Shown here: piece after piece, positions 1-11,000 of the stretch
Position numbering within the stretch: the first letter of the stretch is position 1
Layout of the letters: each line of letters starts with the position of its first letter
Virus record (IMG/VR): IMGVR_UViG_3300032315_000748
Source: a virus
Direction: 5' to 3' (one strand)
DNA length: 64,000 nucleotides
Position numbers and translations under genes: made by a program
The notes under the pieces: generated by a model
Seen by the model: the letters and a program-made list of their open reading frames with translations, nothing else
Database searches by the model: none
What the model was told of the DNA's origin: nothing

Positions 1-3000
1 AATGCGGATAAACTTCAATTATCTTCAGATGATGAAGTTATTGGACACAATAAAATTGATATTCGTTCTAGTATTCTTTCTTCCGAGCAATCCATTATTG
101 GTATTGGCGTATCTTCATTTAAATTTAATTTAGATCAAAAACCAGAATACACAGCATATACACAAGTATTAGGAATTTCTTCTGTATTTTATGATACTAA
201 TTCTAAAAATACATCTGGCCCAATATCACAAATAAGAATAAATTCATATGGAAAATCATATGAAATTCTTCCATCAATAAGTTCTATCGGCAGTACCTCT
301 GGAAGTAGTGCTATTCTATATCCTATATCAAAAGAAATAGGAAAAGTATTATCATTTGATAGGGTAAAAGATGGATTTGATTATCCAACAGACCCAACAA
401 TGTTGCCGCAACTGAGTGTTCCTGCCGTTTGTATTATCAAAGAAATTTCTAGAGTAAATTCTGTTGGAATTTTGACAGGTGGGAAAAAATACAACACTCC
501 ACCAAGGTTAAAAGTAATTGGAAATGATGAATTAAAATTAACTGCAGGCATTCAAGGTGGATCTGTAAATACGGTTTCTATAGATACAAATTCATTTAAT
601 TTAAAGGATCCACTCAGAATTGTACCTTACAACAATTCAAATGGATATGAGATTGATAATATATACACAAATAATTTAACTGGTCTTGGCACAATTGAAT
701 TAGTTAATGATCCAACACAATTTCCATATATTTCAACTGGTTATGGGTCATCTATTTCTATCTTCCCATTTGAAGTAGGAGATCAAATATTCATAGAAAA
801 ATGCAGATTATCTGTCGGAACTGCAAGTTCCGCAAACTATAATTCAAGAAATTATGGTTATAATTTCTTTATAGTAACTGGAATCAATACTACAAATAAA
901 ACTTTAGATTATAGTATGGTTGGTTTGCAGACTGGAAAGTTTGGTACTTATAATCAAGATTTGACGCTTGGGTATGTTGTAAACAGAAAGGATATGCCAG
1001 AATTTGAAATGAAATTGATTGATGATGCTGAATATTTTTCTGGAGAAAAAGTTTCATCCACTAATTTTTCAGCTAAAGTAATGGAAAATGGTTGGGACAA
1101 TGACATCAATCAATTGAGAATGATTGATGCCAAAGGAACATTAAATCCTGGCGACAATCTTTATGGCGAAATTTCAAAATTAAATGGAGTGGTAAAATTT
1201 GTAAGTCAATTTAATCTTCCTGCTTCCCTTGGAGTCACAAGAGACAAGATTCATAATCTCAATGATAATATTGGATATTTGAATGATTTTCAACAAAGAA
1301 TTTCTGATAATAATTATTATCAGAAATTTTCATACTCAATTAAAGGAGAAGTTCCATATTCAACTTGGAAAGAATCCGTCAAATCCATCATTCACCCTTC
1401 TGGTTTTAAAGAGTTTTCAGATTTAGATATAATTGGAGTAGCTACTACCGAACCAGTAAATCTTGGTATTGCAAAATCTACCAATATGAAAGTAAATATT
1501 TCATCATCAGAACCATCATTACTTGTAGAAATTGACAATTTAAGTTCTCTTTATACAAAAAATAATTTTTCAATGGTATATGAAGATGATATGTTAGATG
1601 ATGGTTCTGTGGAAAGAGTATATTTCCCACAAGGAATTGCACTAAAATCATACATTTTAAATAAAACTAATAAAGTATTGCAGATTGATGATATTAGTTC
1701 TCAATTTACTGGAATTACAAGTACAATTGGAGGTTCTGTTGTAGGTCTTTCTTCATTCAAACTTACATCTTCTGGTTATCCACTATTTTATAAAGAATTT
1801 GTTGGTTCTGCATCTACAGTAATTGATTTAATAAATGACAAATTTACGATCCCAAATCACGGATTTCAATCTGGACAACAAATTACATATAACTCTGGAG
1901 TTGGATCTACGATTGGAATTGCTACGACATCATATGCTCAAGGGCCATTAGATGTAATAATGGCAGTTGGTGCAGGAATTGGAAGTGCAATATATGAAAA
2001 TGGATACAATCAATATGTTCCATATAGTGGAATTGTTACTGGAATTAGTACAACATTAGTTCCTGCTGGACCATCTATTCAATATTTTGGTTTTGGAACT
2101 CCAATCCCATCAACAGTAAATACTGGAATTGGGACTGGTGCTTTATTCCAGGTATTAATAAATTATAATGCTGGAACTGGAATTCCAATCGGAACATCAA
2201 TTCAATTAATTGATGGCGGAAGAGGATATTCTGTTGGGCAGCAAATTTCTATTGCAGGTACATACATTGGAGGATCTACTCCTACTAATAACTTATATTT
2301 TACAATTTCCAAAGTTTCTTCAACTAGAACTGGAATTGCAAATGCTTCTTATGTAAGTGTCGCATCATCTTCTTCTGGAACTGGAACTGGAGCAAGATTT
2401 GATGTCTATAGAGATTCAAATAAAGATATCAGTTTGGTAAATGTAATTGAAGGTGGTGTTGGATATGCTTCTACAGATCAAATTATTATTGCGGGAGGAG
2501 ATATTGGTGGATCTGCACCGGCAGATAATCTTTACTTATCACCAATAATATTAGGAACAAAAAAATTACCAACAAATCTTTTTGTTCGTAAAATAGATGT
2601 AAATAATTTCCAACTTTCTGGTTTATCTACGACAATTTCATCTCCATTTGATTTAATTTCACTTGGATCTGGAACACAATCATTCAGTCTACAAGAATCA
2701 AATCAAAATGTAATTATTTCTGTAGATAGTATCATTCAAAGTGCAATTCATAGAAAAAATATTACAATAGGACTTTCTTCATCTGTTGGAATTGCTTCAA
2801 CATCCATATATGTTTCTTCTGGAATAAACTCAATAACAGCAAGTGATATATTGAAAATTGATAATGAATATTTGAAAATTAATTCTATCGGAATTGGATC
2901 TACAAATAGTATTAATGTTACTCGTTCATTTATGGGTTCGGTTGCAATTGCACATACTATAGGTGCAGCAGTTACAGTATATACTGGTGATTTCAATATC

Positions 3001-6000
3001 GTAAAAGATTCAATTTATTTTTCTACTCCACCATATGGACCAGCAATAGCATCAACTGATCCACAATTTGCAACTTTTTCATCATTTAATGGAAGAGTAT
3101 TTTCAAGAGCATATGATTCATCACAACCAAATGATTTTAATTTAATTTTAGATGATATCTCAACAGATTTTACTGGAATTGCAGCAACTCAATTTGTATT
3201 GAAATCTAATGGAAATTCCGTTGTTGGTCTTTATACAAATACGAATGATAATACAGACATTAATAATAATCCAATTATTCTTATAAACAATGTATTCCAA
3301 GTTCCAGGAGTAGATTATTCAATTGACACTCCTGGAACTAACACAATCAAATTCTTATCTGGAATTCCAAATGCTGGAAAAATTGTTAACGTCGCAATTA
3401 CTACTGGATATGGTTATCAACCTCTTCTAGGAGCATCTGCAACAGCATCTGTTTCTGTTGGTGGAACTATAAATGCAATTACGATAAATGGCGCTGGAAG
3501 CGGTTATAGGACTCTCCCAAGCATTAGTATTGCATCTACTGTGGGATCTGGTGCTTCAATTACTTCAACCATTGGTGCTGGTGGAACAATAACAAATATT
3601 AATATTACCAATGGTGGTATTGGATATACGTCATCATCTCCAATTTATGTAAATATTGATCTTCCTCTTGGGTATAGTAATCTTGGAATTGCTTATACTA
3701 ATGGTTCAAGTGGATCTGGAATTAATGCAAAAGTTTCTGTTCAAGTTGGATCTGGTTCTAGTATTATTCAATTTAATTTAGATAATCCTGGTACTGCGTA
3801 TAAAGTTGGGGATATCCTCAAAGTAGTAGGTTTAACAACAAATCCAAATGCTGGAGCAACATTTGAAGAATTTAAAATTACAGTAACAGAAGTTTTAAAT
3901 GATAAATTTAGTGGATTCTATCCAGGACAGTTTATTTTCTTTGATGATTTTTCGCAATATTTCAACGATTCTCGCAAGAAATTCACTTTAACTCAAACTA
4001 AACTTGATGGAACCATAGAAGTAGTAGATTTAAAGAAATTGCCTGGTTCTGATTTGGATCTTCAGAATAATTTATTTGTATACTTAAATGATATACTTCA
4101 AGAACCAAATTATTCTTATACATTTACCGGAACAAGAATTGTATTTAATGAAGCACCAAAAGTGAATTCAAAATGTTCTGTTATATTCTATAGAGGTTCT
4201 TCGCTTGATGTGGAAACAATTACTCCACCAAAAACAATCAAAGAAGGAGATGTCATTGTAATTGGAGAAAATATTTACGATAATTTAGATAGAGAGCAAT
4301 TTGAAAGAGTGGTCAAACAAATAGTTTCTTCTGACCAACTTGATACTTATAATTACGATAGTATCGGAATCAACACAGATCCTAATAAGTTTAGACCTTT
4401 AAAATGGACCAAACAAACACAAGATAGAATAATTAAAGGTTCTTTGGTATCGAAAGCAAGACCAAGTTTAATATCAACAATTAGGCCAACAACTAGAATT
4501 ATAAACCAAGTAAATTCTACTGATACCTCAATATATGTAAATAATGCTTATCCTTTATTTACTGATGTTGACAATCTCACAGAATCAGATAGAAATGTAT
4601 TGATAATCGAAAGTAAAGATACAACAACGTCAATATCAACAGCAGTTGTATCGGTTTCTAGTACAATTTCTTCTATTGTCATATCAGATGGTGGCATAGG
4701 ATATGCTTCTACAACTTCGCCAAAAGTTTCAATATCTACAGTTTCGGTCCAAAGTAAAGATCCAATTTTAAATTGGACAATATCTAGTGGATTATCAACT
4801 AGTGCATCACTGTTATCTGTAGTTGTTTCGAATCCAATTGTAGCAGTTGGAAGTTTTGGAGTTGTTGCCATTACAACTGATGCTAAATCATTGCAATCAT
4901 TAACTAATATTGGATATGCAAAAACAATAACATTTAATTCTATTGGTGTTGGTTCTACAAATAAGTACATTGCTGTTGGCCAAGGCGGAAAAATTGTATC
5001 TGCAGTTGGTTTTGGGACTACGATATCTTCTTGGACCGAAATTGACAAGTATGAAGAAACTTCTGTATTTGGAATTATAACTAGATCTGCAAGTTCATAT
5101 ATTTCATCTTTATCTGATATTAAATACTCTACAACTTTAGATAAATGGTTTTCTGTTGGTTATTCTGGAGCAATTTTCTCTGCAGTTGGTGTAGGTAGTA
5201 CTTCATTCGTCAAAGTTCCTTCAAATACTTTAGAGAATTTGAATTCAATTGCATTTGGTAATATTATTGTTGCTGTTGGAAATAATGGTGCAATTATCAC
5301 TTCTGGAATTGGAACTTTCTGGAGTTCCAATAATGTGACATCACAAAATTTAAATAAAATAATTTGGACTGGAACAAGATTTGTAGTGGTTGGAAACAAT
5401 AGCACAATACTCATTTCTTATGATGGAAATAGTTGGAGTACTATAACACCAACTATTGTAGGATCTTTCTCAAATATTCATTATAATAATTCATATGATT
5501 TATATACATTATTAGATTCTAGTGGTATTTTGTATTATTCCAAAGATCTTCAAAATTGGATTCAAAGATCATCAAATCAATCAAATATACTAAAATCTAT
5601 TGATTATTCTTCAAGTTTGGACAGATATATTTCCGTTGGAATTGGTGCTACGATGATCTATTGTGATCCTGTTTATAATTTTGCTACAGCAACTTCAAAT
5701 ACGACATCTGGAATAATAACTTCAATTACAATAACAAATCCTGGATTTGGTTATAATTCAAACAATATACCAAAAATATTAATTGAACCAGAAAAAACAA
5801 AATTTGAAGAGGTAGTGTCAATTAAAGCAAAAGGTGATTTTGGAATTATTGTAGGAATTGATACTAGTGTTGGAACTGGATCTACTGTCCCTAAAATTAA
5901 ATTTAACTTGAAATCCGAAAATTACGATAATAGTACTTTAGGTATTGGTTATTCTTCTCTCAATACATACGGAGTAATATCTAGTGGAATTTCAATTGGA

Positions 6001-6399
6001 GATTATTTTATAATTTACAACAGTAACGTCCAATGTGGTCACGCTTTGACTGGTATTACTACAAGTTCTACTCCTTGGGTAGTCGTAGGAACTGCTAATA
6101 CATTTATTGATGGTGTTTATCGTGCAGAAAATGTGGAGTCCTCTGGGGTTGGAATTGTCACAGTAACTTGCAGTTTTAATCCTGGACCAGGATTGACTAA
6201 TTCAATTAATTTTGTAACAAATACACAATTAATAACAAATGGATTTTATGGAAATTATAGTTGGGGCAAAATATATGATTATCAAAATAGAGCACTTGGT
6301 TCACCAAAACAATTTACATTAAATGCAAATAATGGTTTGATTGGTCTTTCAACTTCCCCAGAAGTTACAAGAACTAGAGGATTATTTAAAAGTAAATAA
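1..6399 (+). CDS. gp7: Giant baseplate wedge initiator-like structural protein (gp7-like), 5'-truncated by the window edge
   Basis: Frame 1 is open from base 1 (NADKLQLSS...) into the 400..6399 ORF. Ser/Thr/Gly-rich with many I-x-x-G-G-x-G-Y repeats and a 'YYQKFSYSIK...HPSGFK' segment. Lies directly upstream of gp8, as in cyanomyoviruses. Confidence 0.75.
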   Translation, partial: NADKLQLSSDDEVIGHNKIDIRSSILSSEQSIIGIGVSSFKFNLDQKPEYTAYTQVLGISSVFYDTNSKNTSGPISQIRINSYGKSYEILPSISSIGSTSGSSAILYPISKEIGKVLSFDRVKDGFDYPTDPTMLPQLSVPAVCIIKEISRVNSVGILTGGKKYNTPPRLKVIGNDELKLTAGIQGGSVNTVSIDTNSFNLKDPLRIVPYNNSNGYEIDNIYTNNLTGLGTIELVNDPTQFPYISTGYGSSISIFPFEVGDQIFIEKCRLSVGTASSANYNSRNYGYNFFIVTGINTTNKTLDYSMVGLQTGKFGTYNQDLTLGYVVNRKDMPEFEMKLIDDAEYFSGEKVSSTNFSAKVMENGWDNDINQLRMIDAKGTLNPGDNLYGEISKLNGVVKFVSQFNLPASLGVTRDKIHNLNDNIGYLNDFQQRISDNNYYQKFSYSIKGEVPYSTWKESVKSIIHPSGFKEFSDLDIIGVATTEPVNLGIAKSTNMKVNISSSEPSLLVEIDNLSSLYTKNNFSMVYEDDMLDDGSVERVYFPQGIALKSYILNKTNKVLQIDDISSQFTGITSTIGGSVVGLSSFKLTSSGYPLFYKEFVGSASTVIDLINDKFTIPNHGFQSGQQITYNSGVGSTIGIATTSYAQGPLDVIMAVGAGIGSAIYENGYNQYVPYSGIVTGISTTLVPAGPSIQYFGFGTPIPSTVNTGIGTGALFQVLINYNAGTGIPIGTSIQLIDGGRGYSVGQQISIAGTYIGGSTPTNNLYFTISKVSSTRTGIANASYVSVASSSSGTGTGARFDVYRDSNKDISLVNVIEGGVGYASTDQIIIAGGDIGGSAPADNLYLSPIILGTKKLPTNLFVRKIDVNNFQLSGLSTTISSPFDLISLGSGTQSFSLQESNQNVIISVDSIIQSAIHRKNITIGLSSSVGIASTSIYVSSGINSITASDILKIDNEYLKINSIGIGSTNSINVTRSFMGSVAIAHTIGAAVTVYTGDFNIVKDSIYFSTPPYGPAIASTDPQFATFSSFNGRVFSRAYDSSQPNDFNLILDDISTDFTGIAATQFVLKSNGNSVVGLYTNTNDNTDINNNPIILINNVFQVPGVDYSIDTPGTNTIKFLSGIPNAGKIVNVAITTGYGYQPLLGASATASVSVGGTINAITINGAGSGYRTLPSISIASTVGSGASITSTIGAGGTITNINITNGGIGYTSSSPIYVNIDLPLGYSNLGIAYTNGSSGSGINAKVSVQVGSGSSIIQFNLDNPGTAYKVGDILKVVGLTTNPNAGATFEEFKITVTEVLNDKFSGFYPGQFIFFDDFSQYFNDSRKKFTLTQTKLDGTIEVVDLKKLPGSDLDLQNNLFVYLNDILQEPNYSYTFTGTRIVFNEAPKVNSKCSVIFYRGSSLDVETITPPKTIKEGDVIVIGENIYDNLDREQFERVVKQIVSSDQLDTYNYDSIGINTDPNKFRPLKWTKQTQDRIIKGSLVSKARPSLISTIRPTTRIINQVNSTDTSIYVNNAYPLFTDVDNLTESDRNVLIIESKDTTTSISTAVVSVSSTISSIVISDGGIGYASTTSPKVSISTVSVQSKDPILNWTISSGLSTSASLLSVVVSNPIVAVGSFGVVAITTDAKSLQSLTNIGYAKTITFNSIGVGSTNKYIAVGQGGKIVSAVGFGTTISSWTEIDKYEETSVFGIITRSASSYISSLSDIKYSTTLDKWFSVGYSGAIFSAVGVGSTSFVKVPSNTLENLNSIAFGNIIVAVGNNGAIITSGIGTFWSSNNVTSQNLNKIIWTGTRFVVVGNNSTILISYDGNSWSTITPTIVGSFSNIHYNNSYDLYTLLDSSGILYYSKDLQNWIQRSSNQSNILKSIDYSSSLDRYISVGIGATMIYCDPVYNFATATSNTTSGIITSITITNPGFGYNSNNIPKILIEPEKTKFEEVVSIKAKGDFGIIVGIDTSVGTGSTVPKIKFNLKSENYDNSTLGIGYSSLNTYGVISSGISIGDYFIIYNSNVQCGHALTGITTSSTPWVVVGTANTFIDGVYRAENVESSGVGIVTVTCSFNPGPGLTNSINFVTNTQLITNGFYGNYSWGKIYDYQNRALGSPKQFTLNANNGLIGLSTSPEVTRTRGLFKSK

Positions 6400-6422
6400 A
6401 TAAAGATAAACATTCAGTAAAA

Positions 6423-8006
6423 ATGCCTGCTATTATATCTGACCAATTTAGAATATTAAATGCTGAAACTTTCGTGAAAAGTTTTATTGGTGTAGGTCAA
6501 ACTTTAAATAGATATTATACTTTTATAGGTCAACCGAATTCCACAAATCCACTTGCTGGTGGTTCTTCTTCTTGGGGGACAGGACCATCTCCTTTAGATG
6601 GATTTAAGGAAGAAAATGACATTAAAGATACTATAATTGCAATGAAGCAAATCACTACAGACGATGTTCGTAGAATGATCAGAAAAGTCACTTGGACTGC
6701 AGGAACAACTTATGAAATGTATAAAAATAATTACAATATTTACAATTTAACTCCAGTAACTAATCAATCAAGTTTATACGAATCAAATTATTATGTATTA
6801 AATGAAGATTTAAGAGTTTATATTTGTATCCAAAATGGATCAAATCCAGAAAATCCCACAGGAAGACCATCATATGACCAACCAACTTTTATTGATTTAG
6901 AACCAAGAGCTGCAGGAACTAGTGGTGATGGTTATGTGTGGAAATATCTTTATACTATTAAACCATCAGAGATTGTAAAATTTGATTCAATTGAATTTAT
7001 TCCAGTTCCTGAAAATTGGGGAACATCGGGAGAAAGTATAGCAACTCAATCAAATGCTATAGATGGAAAAATTAATTCAGTAATAATAAATCAAAGAGGG
7101 GTTGGGTATAATCCAACCTCGTCTACATTTACAAATATTCCAATTTTAGGTGATGGAAATGGTGGAAAAGTTACAGTAACAACAGATTCTTTTGGAAAAG
7201 TTTCTGAAGTTTATGTTACCAATGGTGGTCAGGGATATACTTATGGATCTATCCAATTTTACCCTGGAGCACCAGGAATAACATCATCATTGACTAATGT
7301 TGGTGTTGGTGCGACTTCCTTTGCTACTTTTGATGTGATCATTCCACCAAAAGGTGGTCATGGATATGACATTTATAGAGAACTTGGTGCATATCGTGTT
7401 CTTGTATATTCCAGATATGAAACTTTAGAATCAAATCCAGATATAATTACAGGAAACGATTTTTCAAGAGTTGGAATTATTAAAAATCCACTTACACTCG
7501 GAAGCAATACGCAACTTTTGAATACATCTTTGATAAGTGGTCTTAGTGCAATTAAATTTACTGGTTCGGCAACTACTGCTACTACTTATGCTGTAGATTC
7601 TGTCATTACCCAAACTGTTGGTGTTGGATCTACAGCAATTGGTTTTGTTGCATCTTGGGATAATGTTACTGGAGTTTTAAAATATTATCAACCAGTAGGA
7701 TTATCTACAATCGGTGTTGGGTATAAAATAAATCAATTTACTTCATCCCCTTCTTCTGGTGGAAGTTTACTTATAAATGGTTCTTCAATGAATGGCACAA
7801 CACCACTATCAATTGATAGTGGATTTAGTGGTGTATCTACTGCAATATACAATAGAACATATCAATTAGGAATGACATTCAATGCAGGTATTGCATCTGC
7901 AGAATATAATAAAAGGTCCGGTGAGGTCATATACATAGATAATAGATCAGCAATCCCGAGATCTTCCAGCCAAAAAGAAGATATTAAAATTGTATTGGAA
8001 TTCTAA
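6423..8006 (+). CDS. gp8: Baseplate wedge subunit gp8
   Basis: MPAIISDQFRILNA start, 'DGYVWKYLYTI' and 'PPKGGHG' motifs, 'YIDNR...QKEDIKIVLEF' end; synteny. Confidence 0.88.
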   Translation: MPAIISDQFRILNAETFVKSFIGVGQTLNRYYTFIGQPNSTNPLAGGSSSWGTGPSPLDGFKEENDIKDTIIAMKQITTDDVRRMIRKVTWTAGTTYEMYKNNYNIYNLTPVTNQSSLYESNYYVLNEDLRVYICIQNGSNPENPTGRPSYDQPTFIDLEPRAAGTSGDGYVWKYLYTIKPSEIVKFDSIEFIPVPENWGTSGESIATQSNAIDGKINSVIINQRGVGYNPTSSTFTNIPILGDGNGGKVTVTTDSFGKVSEVYVTNGGQGYTYGSIQFYPGAPGITSSLTNVGVGATSFATFDVIIPPKGGHGYDIYRELGAYRVLVYSRYETLESNPDIITGNDFSRVGIIKNPLTLGSNTQLLNTSLISGLSAIKFTGSATTATTYAVDSVITQTVGVGSTAIGFVASWDNVTGVLKYYQPVGLSTIGVGYKINQFTSSPSSGGSLLINGSSMNGTTPLSIDSGFSGVSTAIYNRTYQLGMTFNAGIASAEYNKRSGEVIYIDNRSAIPRSSSQKEDIKIVLEF

Positions 8007-8012
8007 AAGAAA

Positions 8013-11000
8013 ATGCCACAAAACACTAATTTAAATGTATCTCCATATTTTGATGATTTTTCTGATTCGAAAAATTATCAAAGAGTTTTATTTAAACCTG
8101 GGACTCCAATACAGGCTAGAGAATTAACAACTCTACAATCAATTTTACAAAATCAAATTGAAAAATTTGGCAAAAACCTTTTTAAAGAAGGTTCGATGGT
8201 TATTCCTGGTCAAATTGCATATGATCCAGAATATACTTGCGTTCAAATTGATGAAGTTCATTTAGGTATTCCAATTTCTCTCTATGTTGAGAGTCTTTTG
8301 GGAAAATTGATTCAAGGGGAAACCAGTGGAGTTAAAGCAAAAGTAGAAAATTATATCACCAGTTCAGAATCAGAAAGAAATACATATACTCTTTATATTA
8401 AATATCAAAGTTCCAGTGATAGTGATTTTTTATCAAAAACATTTGTTGATGGTGAGAATTTAATTGCATTAGAAGATATTTCATACTCTTTATCTTCAAT
8501 AAGATCTGGTTCTACATTTGCGACATCCATTCTTACAAATTCAACTTCTATTGGATCTGCCGCTAAAATTGTATCTGGGGTATATTTTATTCGTGGTTTC
8601 TTTATAACTGTAAATTCGGAAACAGTTGTATTGGACCAATATACCAATAGTCCAAGTTATAGAGTTGGTTTATTAGTTAATGAAGAAATTGTTGTGGCAT
8701 CAAATGAATATTCTGATTTATTTGATAACGCTCAAGGATTTTCAAATTATGCTGCTCCAGGAGCAGATAGATTAAAAATATCTACATCATTGATCAAAAA
8801 AAGTATTAATGATTTCAATGATGAAAATTTTATTGAATTATTAAGAGTAGAAGATGGATCACTACAAAAATTTGTAAAAGAAACAAATTATAACTTAATT
8901 CGTGATGAACTTGCAAAAAGAACTTATGATGAATCGGGAGATTATTATATAACCCCATTTGATATTACACCAAAAGAATGTCTAAATGATAGAATAGGAA
9001 ATAATGGTATATATTTTGAAAATCAAGTAACAAAACAAGGAAATCCAGTATCTAAAGATTTACTCTGTTTATCAGTAAGTCCAGGAAAAGCATACGTTAG
9101 GGGTTATGAAGTTGAAACTATTAATAATACTATTATTGATTTAAATAAACCAAGAACTACTGATAATGATTACAATCAAGCAATTCCATTTAATCTAGGA
9201 AGACAAATCAATTTAAATAATGTAACTGGGACACTTCCAGTTGGATTTGGAACAACTTCATATGTTAATTTATACAATGGAAGAACTGGAATTGCTGGTA
9301 TTTCTTCCGGAACTCAAATTGGTGTTGCTAGAGTATATGATTTGAAATTAAAAAATAGTGTTTATGTAGATAATACAACACAATTTGAAACTTCTTTATA
9401 TGATATTCAAACTTATACAAATCTTACATTAAATACATCATTAACACAATCCATTCCTGCATTTATTCAAGGAAATAGTAGTGGAGCAAGTGGTTATCTT
9501 GTAAATAGTATTTCTTCATCTAATATTTTAACTTTATATCAAGTTTCTGGTTCATTTGCAAATAATGAAACTATTAATATAAATGGAAATACTAATGTGA
9601 GAACAGTTATTGGGGTTAGAGATTATAATTTCTCCGATATTCATCAAATAGTTGGAAATGGAGTAAGTTTTACTGCAGATCCAGTACTTTCAAATCAATC
9701 ATATATTTCACAACCAGGAACAGTATTTACAATTTCAATTGCATCTGCTGGTATCAGTACAATTACTACTACTGATCAGAATTTTTATGTTGGCATAAAC
9801 ACTGGAGATATTATTTCATATGCAAAACAAGGGGATACCCTTCCAACATATAATCAAGTATATCAAGTTAGCTCATCAGCAAAAAGTATTCAAATTGTAG
9901 CATTGCCTTCCATTTCTGGTGTTTGTGTTGGAACATTGCCAACATCCACATTCACAAATACTGATATTAGAAAATCTACTCTTGATGTTTTAAATACAAC
10001 AAATGTTTCATTATATTCTAAATTAAATAAATCAAATATTTCAAATTTAACATTAACTGGTTCTGATATTACAATTAAGAGAAGTTATAATGTAACTATA
10101 ACTAATGGTGCAGCAACTCAAGTACTTGAAACGGATGTTAATTTAACTTTATTGCCATTTAATGAGCAGGATTATAATTTAGCATTTGCTAATGGAACTG
10201 TAGAATCACTAAGCGATCAGAAATTAACTGTTTCCGGAAGAACTATTAGTTTGCAGAATATTAGCCAAAATGGATCTGCCGTTTTAACTGTTAGCTTCAA
10301 TAAAATTAATGCATCCACTAAAAAGAAAATTTTCAATAGATGCACATCATTAATTGTAGATAAATCAACATCTCAAGGATCTGGAATTGGATCTACTACT
10401 TTCAATGATGGATTATCATACAGTCAAATATATGGAACCAGAGTACAAGATAGAGAGATTTCCCTAAATGTTCCTGATGTGTCAAATATTATTGCAATTA
10501 TTGAATCTTCCACCTCTGGAGATCCATCGCTATCATACTTGCAACTTATAAATTTATCTTCTAATATTTTAAATTCCGTAACAGGAGAACTAATTGTAGG
10601 AACAAATAGTAAAGCTGTAGCAACATTAGTTTCATCCACTGGAACAAATCAAATTGATATTGTTTATTTAAATGAGAATATATTTACTATTGGGGAACTT
10701 GTCACATTCCAAGAATCAAAAATACAAGCAACAATAACAACAGTATTTCCTGGTGATAAAAACATCAAAAATAATTTTATTTTTGATGATGGACAAAGAT
10801 CCGAATATTTGGATTATTCTAGAATCATAAGAAAGCCAAATAATTCCTCCCCAACTAGAAAAATTAAAATAATTTTCAATAATTATACGATCAATTCTTC
10901 CGACAATGGTGATTTTGTTGGAGTAAATTCATATGACAAAGATCGTTATGATGATTATATTCCATCAGTTGATGGGAAAAGAGTTACTGATCTTTTAGAC

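Noticed and set aside
400-402. ATG 400 as the start of the first gene
   Set aside because: The frame is open from base 1, so the true start lies upstream of the window
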